DNA of 60,370 bases from Clostridia bacterium (lineage in GTDB: Bacteria; Bacillota; Clostridia; Oscillospirales; Oscillospiraceae): positions 1 through 60,370 of the forward strand of contig JAKSPM010000001.1 in NCBI GenBank assembly GCA_024404825.1, written 5' to 3'. The notes under the pieces were generated by a model that was given only the letters and a program-made list of their open reading frames with translations, was not told the origin of the DNA and did no database searches. The position numbers were made by a program, and so were the translations under genes. Positions 47,318-57,795 of this stretch are shown here, piece by piece. Within the stretch, counting starts at the first letter, position 1. Each line of letters starts with the position of its first letter.

Positions 47318-47805
47318 GTCTCGTCATCCTCTCCGTACATTTCTTCCAGTTCATCATCGCTCAGCATCCGGTATGCCACTTCGGTGTATACCTTGCCGTC
47401 CAGATGGTCGCACTCATGGCAGAACGCACGGGCGATCAGCTCCTCACCTTCGACCTCGTACCATTCGCCGTTTCGATCCTGTGCGCGCACCTTGACAACA
47501 TTGGGACGCTTGACAAGACCGTACTCACCGGGCAGGCTCAGGCAGCCCTCGATCCCATCCTGCTCCCCGCTCGTCTGTAAGATTTCGGGGTTGATGAGTT
47601 CTAAGACCTGATCGCCTGCGTCCACGACCACAACACGGCGCAAAATGCCGATTTGCGGGGCGGCTAAGCCGACGCCGTTGGCCTCATACAAGGTCTCGGT
47701 CATATCGTCAAGCAGGGTGTGAAGCTTTGCATCAAATTCCGTCACCGGACGGCATTTTTTATGCAGTGCGCTGTCATCGAATGTCAGAATTTTTCTAAGT
47801 GCCAT
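47314..47805 (-). CDS. def: peptide deformylase
   Basis: GVGLAAPQIG, EGCLSLPG and HECDHLDG motifs. Confidence 0.95.
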   Translation of the reverse strand: MALRKILTFDDSALHKKCRPVTEFDAKLHTLLDDMTETLYEANGVGLAAPQIGILRRVVVVDAGDQVLELINPEILQTSGEQDGIEGCLSLPGEYGLVKRPNVVKVRAQDRNGEWYEVEGEELIARAFCHECDHLDGKVYTEVAYRMLSDDELEEMYGEDDET

Positions 47806-47819
47806 ATTTTTATCTCCGT

Positions 47820-50261
47820 TTAATAGGCGTTGAGGTCCGCAAAGACGGTCACGCCGCGATTGATTTTATTTTTTGCAAATTCGCGCAGCAAATACGCAAG
47901 CATCTGCCGCACGGGTCTTGTCAGCTTACACTGAACGGTGAGCTGATAGCGGAAACGATTGTTCAGCTTCATGATCGGAGCAGGTGCAGGGCCTAAGACC
48001 TGCATGGCAAGCTCCGGCTTGTCGCAGGCCGAGGCAAGCATCTGACGAAAGCGCTGTGCGCCCCGCTGCACCTCTGCCTCAAAGGCGCCGGAAAAGCTGA
48101 CTGTGACAAGATCGGAAAACGGCGGGCAGGAACGCACCCGGCGCATCATAATCTCCGTCTCAAAGAAGGCGTCATAGTCCTGACAGGATGCGCGGACAAT
48201 GACGGGGTTTTCGGGCGTCATGGTCTGAATGACTGCACGCCCGAGCTTCGCACCGCGCCCCGCTCTTCCGACCACCTGCGTGATCAGGGAGAAGGTCGTT
48301 TCCTGTGCGCGATAAGAGCTGTTATAGAGTGCCGCGTCGGCATTTAACACACCGACAAGCGTGACATTTTCAAAGTTGAGACCCTTTGTGACCATCTGTG
48401 TTCCGAGCAAAATCGGAACGTTTTTCTCACGGAAGGTCTCAAGGATCTTTTCATGGGGATTCGTTGCCGATACGGTATCGGCATCCATGCGCAAAACCTC
48501 GGTTTCCGGGAGAAGGCTCTTTAGCTCCTCCTCGACCCGCTGCGTTCCGAAGCCCACCTGCTTATAATGACCGCCGCATTTTTCACAGCGGTCTGTCAGC
48601 AATTGGGAAAAGCCACAGTGGTGGCACATAAGGCGTCCGTTGGCCTGATGGTAGGTCAAATTGACGCTGCATCGCGGACACTCCGGCACATAGCCGCAGT
48701 CAATGCAGACGGTGAGCCGACTGGAGCCGCGGCGATTGAGGAACAGGATGGTCTGCTGCCCCAGCTTAAGGTTTTCGCGGATGGAATCAAGCAATACAGA
48801 GCTGATAACGCCGCTGTTGCCGCAGCGGATCTGTTCTTTCATATCGACGACTTCTACCGGCGGAAGCGCACTTCGATTAAAGCGGTTTCTCAGTGTATAG
48901 AGCTGATAGTCGCCGCACTTTGCATGGTACATTGTCTCTACGCTCGGTGTGGCAGAGCCCAATAGAACAAGCGCCTTTTCCTGTGCGCCGCGGAAAATTG
49001 CGGCCTCGCGCGCATGATAGCGGGGATTGTTTTCGGATTTATAGGTGTGCTCCTGCTCTTCATCCACGATCAGTAGACCAAGCTCCCTGACCGGGGCGAA
49101 AACCGCCGAGCGTGTCCCGAGAACGACCGTTGCCTCGCCTCGTGCTATGCGCTTGAATTCATCATATCGCTCGGAAACCTGCAAGCTGCTGTGCAAAACC
49201 GCCACCTGCTTGCCGAAGTGCGCGGCAAACAGCGCCAGAAGCTGCGGCGTCAGTGCAATTTCCGGAACCAGCATGATCGCCTGCTTTCCGCGGCGAAGTG
49301 TCTGCGAGATCAGCTCAAGATACACAGCTGTTTTGCCGCTGCCGGTCACGCCGTAAAGCAGGGCAATGCCGGGCTTTTCAGAACTGCTCTGCGCATCCAG
49401 AGCTTCAAAGACCGCTTGCTGCTCTTGATTCAGCGTCAGCCTTTGCGCCGTCTGCTCGGTAAGCGTTCGATGCAGGCGGAGCACCTCCCGGGAAGTGGTC
49501 TCCACAAGACCGTATTCCTCTAAACGCTTGATCGTGGCACTTGTTGCCCCTGTGAAGTAGCAGAGCTCCTTTGCGCTCACAGTGCCGAAATCGACAAGCA
49601 TCTTGAGAGCCTGTGCCTGAACGGCGGCACTTCTGCGCTTGGCAGAGATAAAGGCCTCTGCCTCCTCCGCAGACACTGCCAGGCTCACGATCTTTTCGGT
49701 TTTATCGGAAACCTTGCGCAAATAATCGGTCTGCGCTGTCAGCCATTTCTTGTTGAGCAGATAGCGCAGGGCGTCCTCCAGCTCCTCCGGAGCAAACTGC
49801 TGCGCAAGCAGTTCATGCTTTGCATTTTCTCCGAGGTCGAGGATCGTCTGCATAACGCTTTGCGCACAGGGCTTGCGCTTACAGAGCGATTGCCAGTCCT
49901 CCGGCAGTTCGGATATGGTATAGGTGTCCTTGACGGAAAACCACATCCCCGCCGGAAGCATGGCGCGGATCGCGTCAAAAAAGGTGCAGAAATAGCGTTC
50001 GCGCAAAAACGCGGCAAGACGAAGCATCGACTCTGACAACACCGGAGTTTCATCGAGCACCTGCAAAATCGGCTTGCAGTCCTGCGCGGTGTCCTCGGAA
50101 AGTGCCAGCACAATGCCCTCACAGGCGCGGTTGCCTCTGCCGAACGGCACCAGCACGCGAACCCCGGCTGCGACCTGCATCCCATTCGGGATCAGGTAGC
50201 TGTAAGGCTTGTCAATGGCATAGATCGCCGCAGAAACCGCAATCTGAGCTGTCATTGTCAT
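47820..50261 (-). CDS. priA: primosomal protein N' (replication restart helicase)
   Basis: GVTGSGKT Walker A, a DEEH box, and Cys-rich zinc fingers CIDCGYVPECPRCSVNLTYH..CHHCG. Confidence 0.92.
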   Translation of the reverse strand: MTMTAQIAVSAAIYAIDKPYSYLIPNGMQVAAGVRVLVPFGRGNRACEGIVLALSEDTAQDCKPILQVLDETPVLSESMLRLAAFLRERYFCTFFDAIRAMLPAGMWFSVKDTYTISELPEDWQSLCKRKPCAQSVMQTILDLGENAKHELLAQQFAPEELEDALRYLLNKKWLTAQTDYLRKVSDKTEKIVSLAVSAEEAEAFISAKRRSAAVQAQALKMLVDFGTVSAKELCYFTGATSATIKRLEEYGLVETTSREVLRLHRTLTEQTAQRLTLNQEQQAVFEALDAQSSSEKPGIALLYGVTGSGKTAVYLELISQTLRRGKQAIMLVPEIALTPQLLALFAAHFGKQVAVLHSSLQVSERYDEFKRIARGEATVVLGTRSAVFAPVRELGLLIVDEEQEHTYKSENNPRYHAREAAIFRGAQEKALVLLGSATPSVETMYHAKCGDYQLYTLRNRFNRSALPPVEVVDMKEQIRCGNSGVISSVLLDSIRENLKLGQQTILFLNRRGSSRLTVCIDCGYVPECPRCSVNLTYHQANGRLMCHHCGFSQLLTDRCEKCGGHYKQVGFGTQRVEEELKSLLPETEVLRMDADTVSATNPHEKILETFREKNVPILLGTQMVTKGLNFENVTLVGVLNADAALYNSSYRAQETTFSLITQVVGRAGRGAKLGRAVIQTMTPENPVIVRASCQDYDAFFETEIMMRRVRSCPPFSDLVTVSFSGAFEAEVQRGAQRFRQMLASACDKPELAMQVLGPAPAPIMKLNNRFRYQLTVQCKLTRPVRQMLAYLLREFAKNKINRGVTVFADLNAY

Positions 50262-50288
50262 GCCTCCTCTCCCGGGTTTTTCTGTGTG

Positions 50289-50495
50289 TTACTGCTGATA
50301 TTCTTCCTTGACCGACGCGGTCAGCTTGCCGTCTGCAACTTCACGGATTGCAAGGGTCACGGGCTTTTCACTCAGGGGCTCGTGGAATTCCTCGGATTCG
50401 ATGGAGAGCTGTCTTGCACGTCTTGCAACAACGTTTACAAGAAGATAACGGCTGTCGATGTGTTCAAGTAACTGGGCCATGGGGGGATAAAGCAT
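50289..50495 (-). CDS. rpoZ: DNA-directed RNA polymerase subunit omega
   Basis: 68 aa with SRYLLVNVVARRARQL, downstream of gmk. Confidence 0.88.
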   Translation of the reverse strand: MLYPPMAQLLEHIDSRYLLVNVVARRARQLSIESEEFHEPLSEKPVTLAIREVADGKLTASVKEEYQQ

Positions 50496-50496
50496 A

Positions 50497-51096
50497 TTAA
50501 AGTACCTCCTTCAGATGTTCAAATCTGTTGTTTGCTTCATAATTTACGGCAGAGATGATCGTCTGCACTTCACGACAGGCATCATCTACGATGTCGTTAA
50601 AAACAATGTAATTATATCGCTCTGCCTGCAGGCATTCTTTTTTTGCAATTTCCAGACGCAGCGCAACATCGGCATCCGAAGTATCGCCGCGGTTGCGCAG
50701 TCTTTTCTCTAATTCCGCCATGGACGGCGGCGCGATAAAGACCATGATAGCCTCCGGAAAGCGCGCTTTTACCTGTGCAGCGCCCTGCACCTCGATGTCC
50801 AGCACCACATCATAGCCCTTTCCCCTCGCCTCTTCCAAGGCTTTGTAGGGTGTTCCGTAATAGTGGTTGGCATAAAAGGCATACTCTGCAAGCTCATCGT
50901 TCTCAATCATTTCCTTGAAGCATTCTTCGGAAACGAAATAATAATGTACCCCGTCGGTCTCCGAGGGGCGCTTTTTTCTTGTTGTGGCGGAGACGGAAAA
51001 ATGCAGCTCGGGATTCTGCTTCAGCAGTTTGCTGACAATGGTCCCCTTTCCGACGCCGGAGGGGCCGGAGATTACAATGATGTGTCCTTGTTTCAT
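50497..51096 (-). CDS. gmk: guanylate kinase
   Basis: ORF trimmed to MKQGHIIVISGPSGVGKGT, which has a GAGGAG RBS and starts after the remA stop. Confidence 0.92.
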   Translation of the reverse strand: MKQGHIIVISGPSGVGKGTIVSKLLKQNPELHFSVSATTRKKRPSETDGVHYYFVSEECFKEMIENDELAEYAFYANHYYGTPYKALEEARGKGYDVVLDIEVQGAAQVKARFPEAIMVFIAPPSMAELEKRLRNRGDTSDADVALRLEIAKKECLQAERYNYIVFNDIVDDACREVQTIISAVNYEANNRFEHLKEVL

Positions 51097-51106
51097 GGTG
51101 TACTCC

Positions 51107-51352
51107 TCATGTCTGGTTATCCGGTTCAAGACTTTTGGCAAGCTTATCCGGCGGAATCGCGGACAGAACTACGTGGTCGGTGTCCATGATAAGCACGCTC
51201 TGCGTCTTTCTGCCGTAGCTGGCATCAATGAGCATCCCGCGATCTTTCGCTTCGGTCACAAGCCGCTTCACAGGTGCCGAATCCGGGTGGACAACGGAAA
51301 GCAGCCGCTCTGCCGAGATCATGTTGCCAAAGCCGATATTGATCAGGCGCAT
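51107..51352 (-). CDS. remA: RemA/YlzA (DUF370) family regulator
   Basis: [42 protein letters not shown] is the family pattern. Confidence 0.85.
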   Translation of the reverse strand: MRLINIGFGNMISAERLLSVVHPDSAPVKRLVTEAKDRGMLIDASYGRKTQSVLIMDTDHVVLSAIPPDKLAKSLEPDNQT

Positions 51353-51364
51353 AATCTTCCTCCG

Positions 51365-52243
51365 TTATTCGATGTTCTGCATCTGCTCGCGGATCTTTTC
51401 AAGCTCCGCCTTGATCTCAACGACCGTGCGTGCCTGCTCCAGGTCATTGCCCTTGGAGCCGATGGTGTTGGCCTCGCGGTTCATTTCCTGCATCAGGAAA
51501 TCCAGCTTGCGGCCGATCGCGCCGCCGTTTGTAAGCATAGTTTCCAGCTGATTCAGGTGGCTGCGCAGACGGACGGTCTCTTCATCCACGGCGATCTTAT
51601 CGGCAAAAATGGCTGCCTCTGTCAGGATTCTTCCCTCGTCGATGGTAGTAGATTCCAGCACCTCACGCATTTTTGCCTCAAGCCGTGCGCGGTATTCCGC
51701 AATCGTGACCGGGCTGCGCTGCTCGACCTTTTCCACAAAGCCGAGAATGGTCTTTGCACGGCTGCGAAGATCCGCCTCCAATGCCGCACCCTCGACCTGA
51801 CGCATATGGTTATACGCGGAAAGCGCTGCATCCGTAACGGAAAGCAGATCTGCGGTGAGCTGCTGCTCATCAGCCTGTTCCTTTTCTACTGTCAGCACAT
51901 CGGGCAGCCTTGAAAGTGCGGTGACGGAGATGTCGTCCCGAACGCCGTACTCGCTTGCAATCTGCCGCATTGCAGTGAGGTAGCCCTCCAGAACAGGGCG
52001 GTTTAGAGAGATTTTCGTGTCTGCCGCTTCGGTGGAATTAACGCTGATGTAAACATCCACCTTGCCGCGGGAGACGCTGTCCTTGACCCGCTGCTTGACC
52101 GCATCCTCCGCAAAGGAAAACAGCCGCGGCAGCTTGACCGTGCAGTCTAAGTATCGGTTATTGACCGAACGGATCTCCACGGTGATCTCACGGCCGGAAA
52201 CGGTTTGCACCGAACGGCCGTAGCCAGTCATACTGTAGATCAA
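51365..52243 (-). CDS. YicC family protein
   Basis: MIYSMTGYGR N-terminus and C-terminal REANTIGSK..ELEKIREQ.QNIE. Confidence 0.88.
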   Translation of the reverse strand: MIYSMTGYGRSVQTVSGREITVEIRSVNNRYLDCTVKLPRLFSFAEDAVKQRVKDSVSRGKVDVYISVNSTEAADTKISLNRPVLEGYLTAMRQIASEYGVRDDISVTALSRLPDVLTVEKEQADEQQLTADLLSVTDAALSAYNHMRQVEGAALEADLRSRAKTILGFVEKVEQRSPVTIAEYRARLEAKMREVLESTTIDEGRILTEAAIFADKIAVDEETVRLRSHLNQLETMLTNGGAIGRKLDFLMQEMNREANTIGSKGNDLEQARTVVEIKAELEKIREQMQNIE

Positions 52244-52331
52244 TTTTGCTCGCTCCTTAAAAAATAGTTTATCTGAACGGCTTTCTTATCTCAAAGCCGT
52301 ATCATTCCCGGTTTTTCGGCGTTTGCCTTAA

Positions 52332-52934
52332 TTACCTGCAGCCTCCGCACAGGCAGTTCATGCACATGAGAGCACTGCACAAGTCGCAGATATCGCACTC
52401 GCCGAAATCAGCGCCGCCGGGCTGCGTGCCGCGCGTTGCGGAATAGGTATAGCTCCCGCCGACACGGTTATACGCCTGCCGGTACTCGGCATTGCCCGGA
52501 TCCATTTCACAGGCAATGCGGAAATTCTGCTTGGCCTCGTCCATCCAACCGCGCTTGTAGGCAATAACGCCGCGCAGATAATACCATTCCGCATCTTTGC
52601 CCGCCATCGCATTGAGGCGCTGTTCGGCCTCCTCCACGCGGTTTTGGTTCAGAAGCTGACGGATCTGTGCATATTCGGAATTGTACGATGACGAAGCGCC
52701 TGATGAATAGGAGCTGCCCGAATAGGCATTTCCGGTGCTTTGGCCGGAACGCTGCTTCATGATGGTATCGTACGCCTCGTTGATCTGCTTCATTTTCTCC
52801 TGCGCAAGATCGGCAAGAGGATTATCTGCATAGTTGTCCGGGTGATATTTTCGGACAAGCTCATGGTATGCTTTTTTCAGTTCTTCATCGGAAGCACTTG
52901 GCGTTACGCCGAGCACCTCATAGGGATCATTCAT
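52332..52934 (-). CDS. J-domain protein with a TPR-like segment and a C-terminal cysteine string
   Basis: J domain [19 protein letters not shown]. The C-terminus [20 protein letters not shown] has 8 Cys within 20 residues. Confidence 0.75.
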   Translation of the reverse strand: MNDPYEVLGVTPSASDEELKKAYHELVRKYHPDNYADNPLADLAQEKMKQINEAYDTIMKQRSGQSTGNAYSGSSYSSGASSSYNSEYAQIRQLLNQNRVEEAEQRLNAMAGKDAEWYYLRGVIAYKRGWMDEAKQNFRIACEMDPGNAEYRQAYNRVGGSYTYSATRGTQPGGADFGECDICDLCSALMCMNCLCGGCR

Positions 52935-53806
52935 AGCTTTCTCCTGTTCGCTTTTTTCCGGAATACGCCTGCCGCGACACCGTGAGCTGCGATTTTCATT
53001 CCGAACGACGTGATATTTTCAAGCAGCTCTGCATGGCTCTCAGGCGTCAGCAGCTGCAATGCCGTTTCGATCTCATGTACAGAGCAGAGGATCGTCTCCA
53101 GGACTTCCTTTCGGTCTTCCCCGGAGAACTCCCTGTCCGCCTTGCAATAGCGGTGAAGAAGCGGATTATAGGTCTTCTTTTTTCGATCCTTGTCAAAATC
53201 ATCGAGTGCATCGATCAAATAAAGATACCGTCCCGTATGATAGAGGATCTGACGCAGGATGCGTGCAGTCGGCTCGTCCTGCTCCGGGATGCAGGCCGAC
53301 AAAAGCTTTGCAAAAGCATCTGCCGTTTTGTCAATGCTGTCACAGCTCTGTCCTTCCAGTTCGGACAGGCGCGACATCTGCCGCTCTGCCTGCAAGGCAA
53401 GCTCCGGCTGTGCCGCTTCTGCAAGCGCATAATCTTTCCGGTACAGCCGCAAAAGAAGCTTCGCCGCCGTTCGGCGGAAGAAACCGTCATCGGCAACGGT
53501 ATCAAGAAGCTTCCACCATGACAGAATGATCGTGACATCCGCGCAGAAGCTAAGCGCATCTGAGCAGGCTGTGCATTCACGTTTGCAAAACGGATGCACC
53601 GGACACCTGCAACGCTTCACCTCCGGCGAAGGCGCCTGTGCGCAAAGCAGCGCAAACAAGAAGGTCACATCATAGCTGACGAGGAAGCGGGCGCGAAAGC
53701 CGTACTGCTTTTTTAATTGACGGCACAGGCCGCAATAATCGGCATGATATTGAAGTTTGCTTTCTTCCGAAAGGGTTTTTCGGTAGGGTAATATATAGCC
53801 AAACAT
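52931..53806 (-). CDS. Cys-rich hypothetical protein (resembles the DUF5685 family)
   Basis: [15 protein letters not shown] and [17 protein letters not shown]. It overlaps the J-domain gene by 4 nt. The family name is from memory only. Confidence 0.4.
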   Translation of the reverse strand: MFGYILPYRKTLSEESKLQYHADYCGLCRQLKKQYGFRARFLVSYDVTFLFALLCAQAPSPEVKRCRCPVHPFCKRECTACSDALSFCADVTIILSWWKLLDTVADDGFFRRTAAKLLLRLYRKDYALAEAAQPELALQAERQMSRLSELEGQSCDSIDKTADAFAKLLSACIPEQDEPTARILRQILYHTGRYLYLIDALDDFDKDRKKKTYNPLLHRYCKADREFSGEDRKEVLETILCSVHEIETALQLLTPESHAELLENITSFGMKIAAHGVAAGVFRKKANRRKL

Positions 53807-53807
53807 C

Positions 53808-54212
53808 TCAGTTTTCCAAAATTGAAACGATCCGGTAGGTCATTTTTGCCGTTCGGATCATATGGCGGTTATACAGCAGTGCCGCACCCACACCGAGTGC
53901 AAAACCAAGCAGCCCCCACAATACGGGCTTCCCCGGAAGATACAGGCCTGCAAAATAACCCGCAAAGAACAGCACCAGCGGAACCAAGTAGACGACCGCG
54001 ACCACCGCAAGCACAATGCCGGATTTGCTCTCCACCTCGACGCAATCGCCCTTTTTCGCACCGAGGGGATTGGCCGCCTCGGCTGTGACGACCTCGTTCG
54101 GGGTGCAGCCGCCGCAGTGCTCGCACTCGCCGCTGCAGGCGCTCTGCCGCCGCAGGAATATGACCGCCGTACCGTCCGGCCGGGATTCTTTTACCGTTAC
54201 ACGCTGCCGCAT
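53808..54212 (-). CDS. RseC/MucC-family (SoxR-reducing system) membrane protein
   Basis: N-terminal CSGECEHCGGC followed by two TM helices. 134 aa. Confidence 0.6.
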   Translation of the reverse strand: MRQRVTVKESRPDGTAVIFLRRQSACSGECEHCGGCTPNEVVTAEAANPLGAKKGDCVEVESKSGIVLAVVAVVYLVPLVLFFAGYFAGLYLPGKPVLWGLLGFALGVGAALLYNRHMIRTAKMTYRIVSILEN

Positions 54213-54221
54213 GAATACTCC

Positions 54222-55253
54222 TTACGATTCTTCTCTGTCCGCATCCTTTTCCGTTTCAATCGGCTTCACAGTCACGATGACCGTTGCAATTGTTTCCTCA
54301 TCGTGGATGTTGATGCCCTCCTTCGGCGGGTTGATCGGGCATTGGATCGTCCATGTGTTTCCGTTTTTCTCTGCCATGGAATAATCCACTTCGATCTCCA
54401 TCTGCGCTTTGAGCCCATCCAGATCATCCTTGTTGCCGGTCACACGTATCGATTCCGGCGTGATCTTTATATCAACGATCTCATAGCCCTCCGGGAGTCC
54501 TTTGCGAGTTGCAGTAAGCTGAAGGTCACGATAAGGGAGGATGTCCAGATGAACGGAGATCACATTGCCTGCGGCTTCGTCCTCCGCGTATCGCTTTACT
54601 TCCACATCACACAGGGCAGACAGTTCGACCTCCTTGCCTGCTTCATCGTAGAAACGGAATTCGAGATCATGGATGGTTTCAGAGGTATCGATTCCCGTAA
54701 CGTCCACGGAAACCTCCGCCTTGGAGATTCTGTTGATTTCCTCGGCAGGGCCGAAAACGAAAACCGAATCGACCTCCGCTTCCGCATTTTCCAGCAGATA
54801 GCCCTCCGGAAGCTTGCCCTCCGTGCTGACAGCGATATACAAGGTTTTGGAATTGGCAACCTCAGTCGTGATCGTCAGTGTTTCCACAGATTTCTTTTCG
54901 ACGGCAAGATCACCGCCCGCAACGGTATCCGGATAGGAAATCGTATAGGAGACCTTCTGATTTTCGCCCGCCTCCGTGACGGAGCCGAGGTTCGCGGTGA
55001 TCTTGATATTATCAGAGTTCAGCTTGGCAAGATCCTTACGGTTGCCGCGAATGGTCAGGTCGACCGTCTGTGTTCTGCCGTCGGTCAGAACGAGACCGCG
55101 TCCCTCCAGCACATCCTCTGCGGTGAAACGTACAGGAATGTCACTGTATTCTTTTGTGGTTTCCGGGCTGATGTAGGTCACGGTATATGCCCAAAGAACA
55201 AGCGCAAGCAGAAGCGCGACGATCAGAGAAATAATTTTGCTGTGTTTTTTCAT
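54222..55253 (-). CDS. cdaR: YbbR-domain protein, regulator of diadenylate cyclase
   Basis: N-terminal TM helix followed by repeated YbbR-like beta-rich modules. The gene lies directly downstream of cdaA. Confidence 0.75.
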   Translation of the reverse strand: MKKHSKIISLIVALLLALVLWAYTVTYISPETTKEYSDIPVRFTAEDVLEGRGLVLTDGRTQTVDLTIRGNRKDLAKLNSDNIKITANLGSVTEAGENQKVSYTISYPDTVAGGDLAVEKKSVETLTITTEVANSKTLYIAVSTEGKLPEGYLLENAEAEVDSVFVFGPAEEINRISKAEVSVDVTGIDTSETIHDLEFRFYDEAGKEVELSALCDVEVKRYAEDEAAGNVISVHLDILPYRDLQLTATRKGLPEGYEIVDIKITPESIRVTGNKDDLDGLKAQMEIEVDYSMAEKNGNTWTIQCPINPPKEGINIHDEETIATVIVTVKPIETEKDADREES

Positions 55254-55254
55254 C

Positions 55255-56115
55255 TTACTTCTCCTTTCCCGAAAGCTGTTCCTTTACACGGCGGAAGAAG
55301 CCCTTCTTTTCCGCCTTTTCATCTGAGATCAGCTCTGCGCGGAGCACCTTTTCCAAAGTTTGCGGCGCAAGATGGCGCTTGAGCATACCGCCCGTTGCAA
55401 CCGAGATCGTACCCGTTTCCTCAGAGACGATGATTACAACCGCATCGGAATTCTCGCTCATGCCGACGCCGGCACGGTGGCGCGTGCCGAGGTCACTGGA
55501 AAGATGATTGTTTCCCGTCAGCGGAAGCACACAGCCTGCCGCTGCCACACGGCTGTCACGGATAATCACCGCGCCGTCATGCAGCGCAGCCTTCGGGAAA
55601 AAAATATTGCGCAGCAGCTCGGAGGTCAGCTTGGCGTCCACTTCGGTTCCGCTCTTGAAGTATTCATCCAGCATAATATTCCGCTCAAACACGATCAGCG
55701 CACCGATCTTTGCCTCGCTCATCGCCTGACAGGCATTGACCGTCTGGATAATTCCCAGATCCAAATCACTGGATTTGGACTTTGTATCGATCAGCTCACG
55801 TACGGACTTTCCGCCGACGCGCTCGAGCAGACGCCGAAGCTCCGGCTGGAACAATATGACCAATGCAATGATACCGATCTCCAATATACGGTCAAGCAGC
55901 CAGTTGACCGTACGGAGTTTGAGGACATCTGTCAGCCAGGTCAACACGACAATCGCAAGAATCGCCTTGGCGATCCTTGCCGCGCTGGTCGTTCGAATCA
56001 GCCGGATCAGCTCATAGATGATGAGCGCCATCAATAGAATGTCGATCACGTCAGCAATGCCGATTGTAGTCCGATAAGAAAAGAATTCTTTTATTGAGCT
56101 GAATAATTCTTTCAT
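55255..56115 (-). CDS. cdaA: diadenylate cyclase CdaA
   Basis: Three N-terminal TM helices and a DAC domain (GALIVFER, DGAVII, LGTRHRAG, VIIVSEETG). Confidence 0.9.
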   Translation of the reverse strand: MKELFSSIKEFFSYRTTIGIADVIDILLMALIIYELIRLIRTTSAARIAKAILAIVVLTWLTDVLKLRTVNWLLDRILEIGIIALVILFQPELRRLLERVGGKSVRELIDTKSKSSDLDLGIIQTVNACQAMSEAKIGALIVFERNIMLDEYFKSGTEVDAKLTSELLRNIFFPKAALHDGAVIIRDSRVAAAGCVLPLTGNNHLSSDLGTRHRAGVGMSENSDAVVIIVSEETGTISVATGGMLKRHLAPQTLEKVLRAELISDEKAEKKGFFRRVKEQLSGKEK

Positions 56116-56276
56116 AGGCCTTCTCCTGCATTTTATATTTTTCTAATTATACCCTATAAAAAGAATAATAGCAAGGAGCAACGAGAAAAAAAGAGGAAAT
56201 ATTTGTCCTTTTACAGGGCTTATTTTGAAAGAAACATTATAAAAAAAGATTTTGACATTTTACGCCTTGTCTTTAC

Positions 56277-57380
56277 CTAAATTGTGCGCAAGGTATGCAC
56301 AAGCTCTGCAACATCCTCACGCGTATGAAAGAAAGAAAAGCTGATACGCACTGTTCCGGTGTCCAGCGTCCCGGCGCTCCGGTGGGCAAGCGGCGCACAG
56401 TGCAGTCCCGCCCGCACGGCGATGTCCCTTGCCGCCAAACAGGCCGCAAGCATCTCACAATCGAGATCTCTGTGCTGCACAGAGACAACGCCCGTCTGAT
56501 CGCTGTCAAAAAAGATACGGTACTTCCCTTCCGTCCGCAGGCCGCTCGAAAAATACCGTGCAAGCTCCGCCTCATGTGCACCGATAGCCTCGGGCGTTTT
56601 TTCGAGGATAAACCGAAGCCCTGCCGAAAGCCCGCAGATCCCCGGAACATTGTGCGTTCCGGCCTCGACCCGGTCAGGAAGCTCCTGCGGCATATCAGGC
56701 AGCATCGCAAGACTCCCCGTGCCGCCGAAAATCAGGGGGTCAGGTCGTCTGCCGCAAATCAAGATACCTGTTCCCTGCGGGCCATATAAGCCCTTATGCC
56801 CCGGCATGGCGAGGAAATCCGCCCCGCATGTTCGCAGCGTGACGGGAACACAGCCTGCTGACTGCGCACAGTCAACCACAAACGGCACGCCGCGTTCACG
56901 GCAAAGTGCTCCGATTTCCTCCACAGGCAGCCGCCAGCCGAAAACATTGGAGACCTGTGTGCAGACAACAGCATCCACGCCCGGACGGATCGCACGGTCA
57001 AACGCCGATAAAAGGTTTTCTCTGTCATAGAGCTTTTTGCCTGCGACCGTGATTTTTGCCTTCAGGGCATGGAGCGGACGTACGACGGCATTATGCTCAA
57101 AGCCGGAGATCACGACCCTTCCCCCGGGTTTGACCAGAGAACGGATTGCAAGATTGAGTGCGTGTGTGGCGTTCATTGTAAAAACGACCTGCTCCGGCTC
57201 GGCCCCGAACAGCAGACCTGCGAGCTCGCGACATTCATAAACCGCTTTGGCGGCCAAGTCCGCCTGCCGATAGCCGCCGCGTCCGATGCTCGTCATGGTC
57301 AGCATGGCCTCTTGTACACAGGCAAGCACCCCGGGCGGCTTAATAAACGAAGTAGCGGCATTATCGAAATACGCCATCAT
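56277..57380 (-). CDS. class V aminotransferase (cysteine desulfurase / selenocysteine lyase-like)
   Basis: ORF trimmed to MMAYFDNAATSF, whose ATG overlaps the upstream stop (ATGA). PLP-lysine region AMPGHKGLYGPQG. Confidence 0.75.
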   Translation of the reverse strand: MMAYFDNAATSFIKPPGVLACVQEAMLTMTSIGRGGYRQADLAAKAVYECRELAGLLFGAEPEQVVFTMNATHALNLAIRSLVKPGGRVVISGFEHNAVVRPLHALKAKITVAGKKLYDRENLLSAFDRAIRPGVDAVVCTQVSNVFGWRLPVEEIGALCRERGVPFVVDCAQSAGCVPVTLRTCGADFLAMPGHKGLYGPQGTGILICGRRPDPLIFGGTGSLAMLPDMPQELPDRVEAGTHNVPGICGLSAGLRFILEKTPEAIGAHEAELARYFSSGLRTEGKYRIFFDSDQTGVVSVQHRDLDCEMLAACLAARDIAVRAGLHCAPLAHRSAGTLDTGTVRISFSFFHTREDVAELVHTLRTI

Positions 57381-57628
57381 ACTTCCTCCCAACGTCCGTC
57401 CGGGAGTTGAAGATAAACACGCTGCCATGCAATCTTTTGCTGTGCCAGCTCGATTTTCGCCCTTTGTGGCTCGGCATATATATGCACACAATAACCGCAC
57501 CCCTGACGGCTGACCGCCTTCGGCGCCCGCATTACAAAGCCTTCGATCCCCGCGTGTTCCAGTGTACGCGCGGCGTGCTGCGCAGCGGTCTGGGAGCGGA
57601 ATGTGAAATAATAACCCGACATATTCAT
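57377..57628 (-). CDS. DUF3343-type putative Se/S carrier-like protein
   Basis: 83 aa, with FRSQTAAQHAARTLEHAGI..RAPKAVSRQGCGYC. It is translationally coupled to the aminotransferase. The family call is from memory. Confidence 0.5.
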   Translation of the reverse strand: MNMSGYYFTFRSQTAAQHAARTLEHAGIEGFVMRAPKAVSRQGCGYCVHIYAEPQRAKIELAQQKIAWQRVYLQLPDGRWEEV

Positions 57629-57795
57629 CCCTCCGAATTCAATTTATGTCGGGGAGTTAAAAGAGGTGATTTTATCAGACGCCGCGGCTTTCGGGTACAG
57701 ACGGTGGAGAAAATTTGCATTTATACGCACAGGCGAGCGATGTTCGCCCCTTAGATCTCAAAAGAACGGTAAATTTGTGATTCGCGCGCAGGGGC

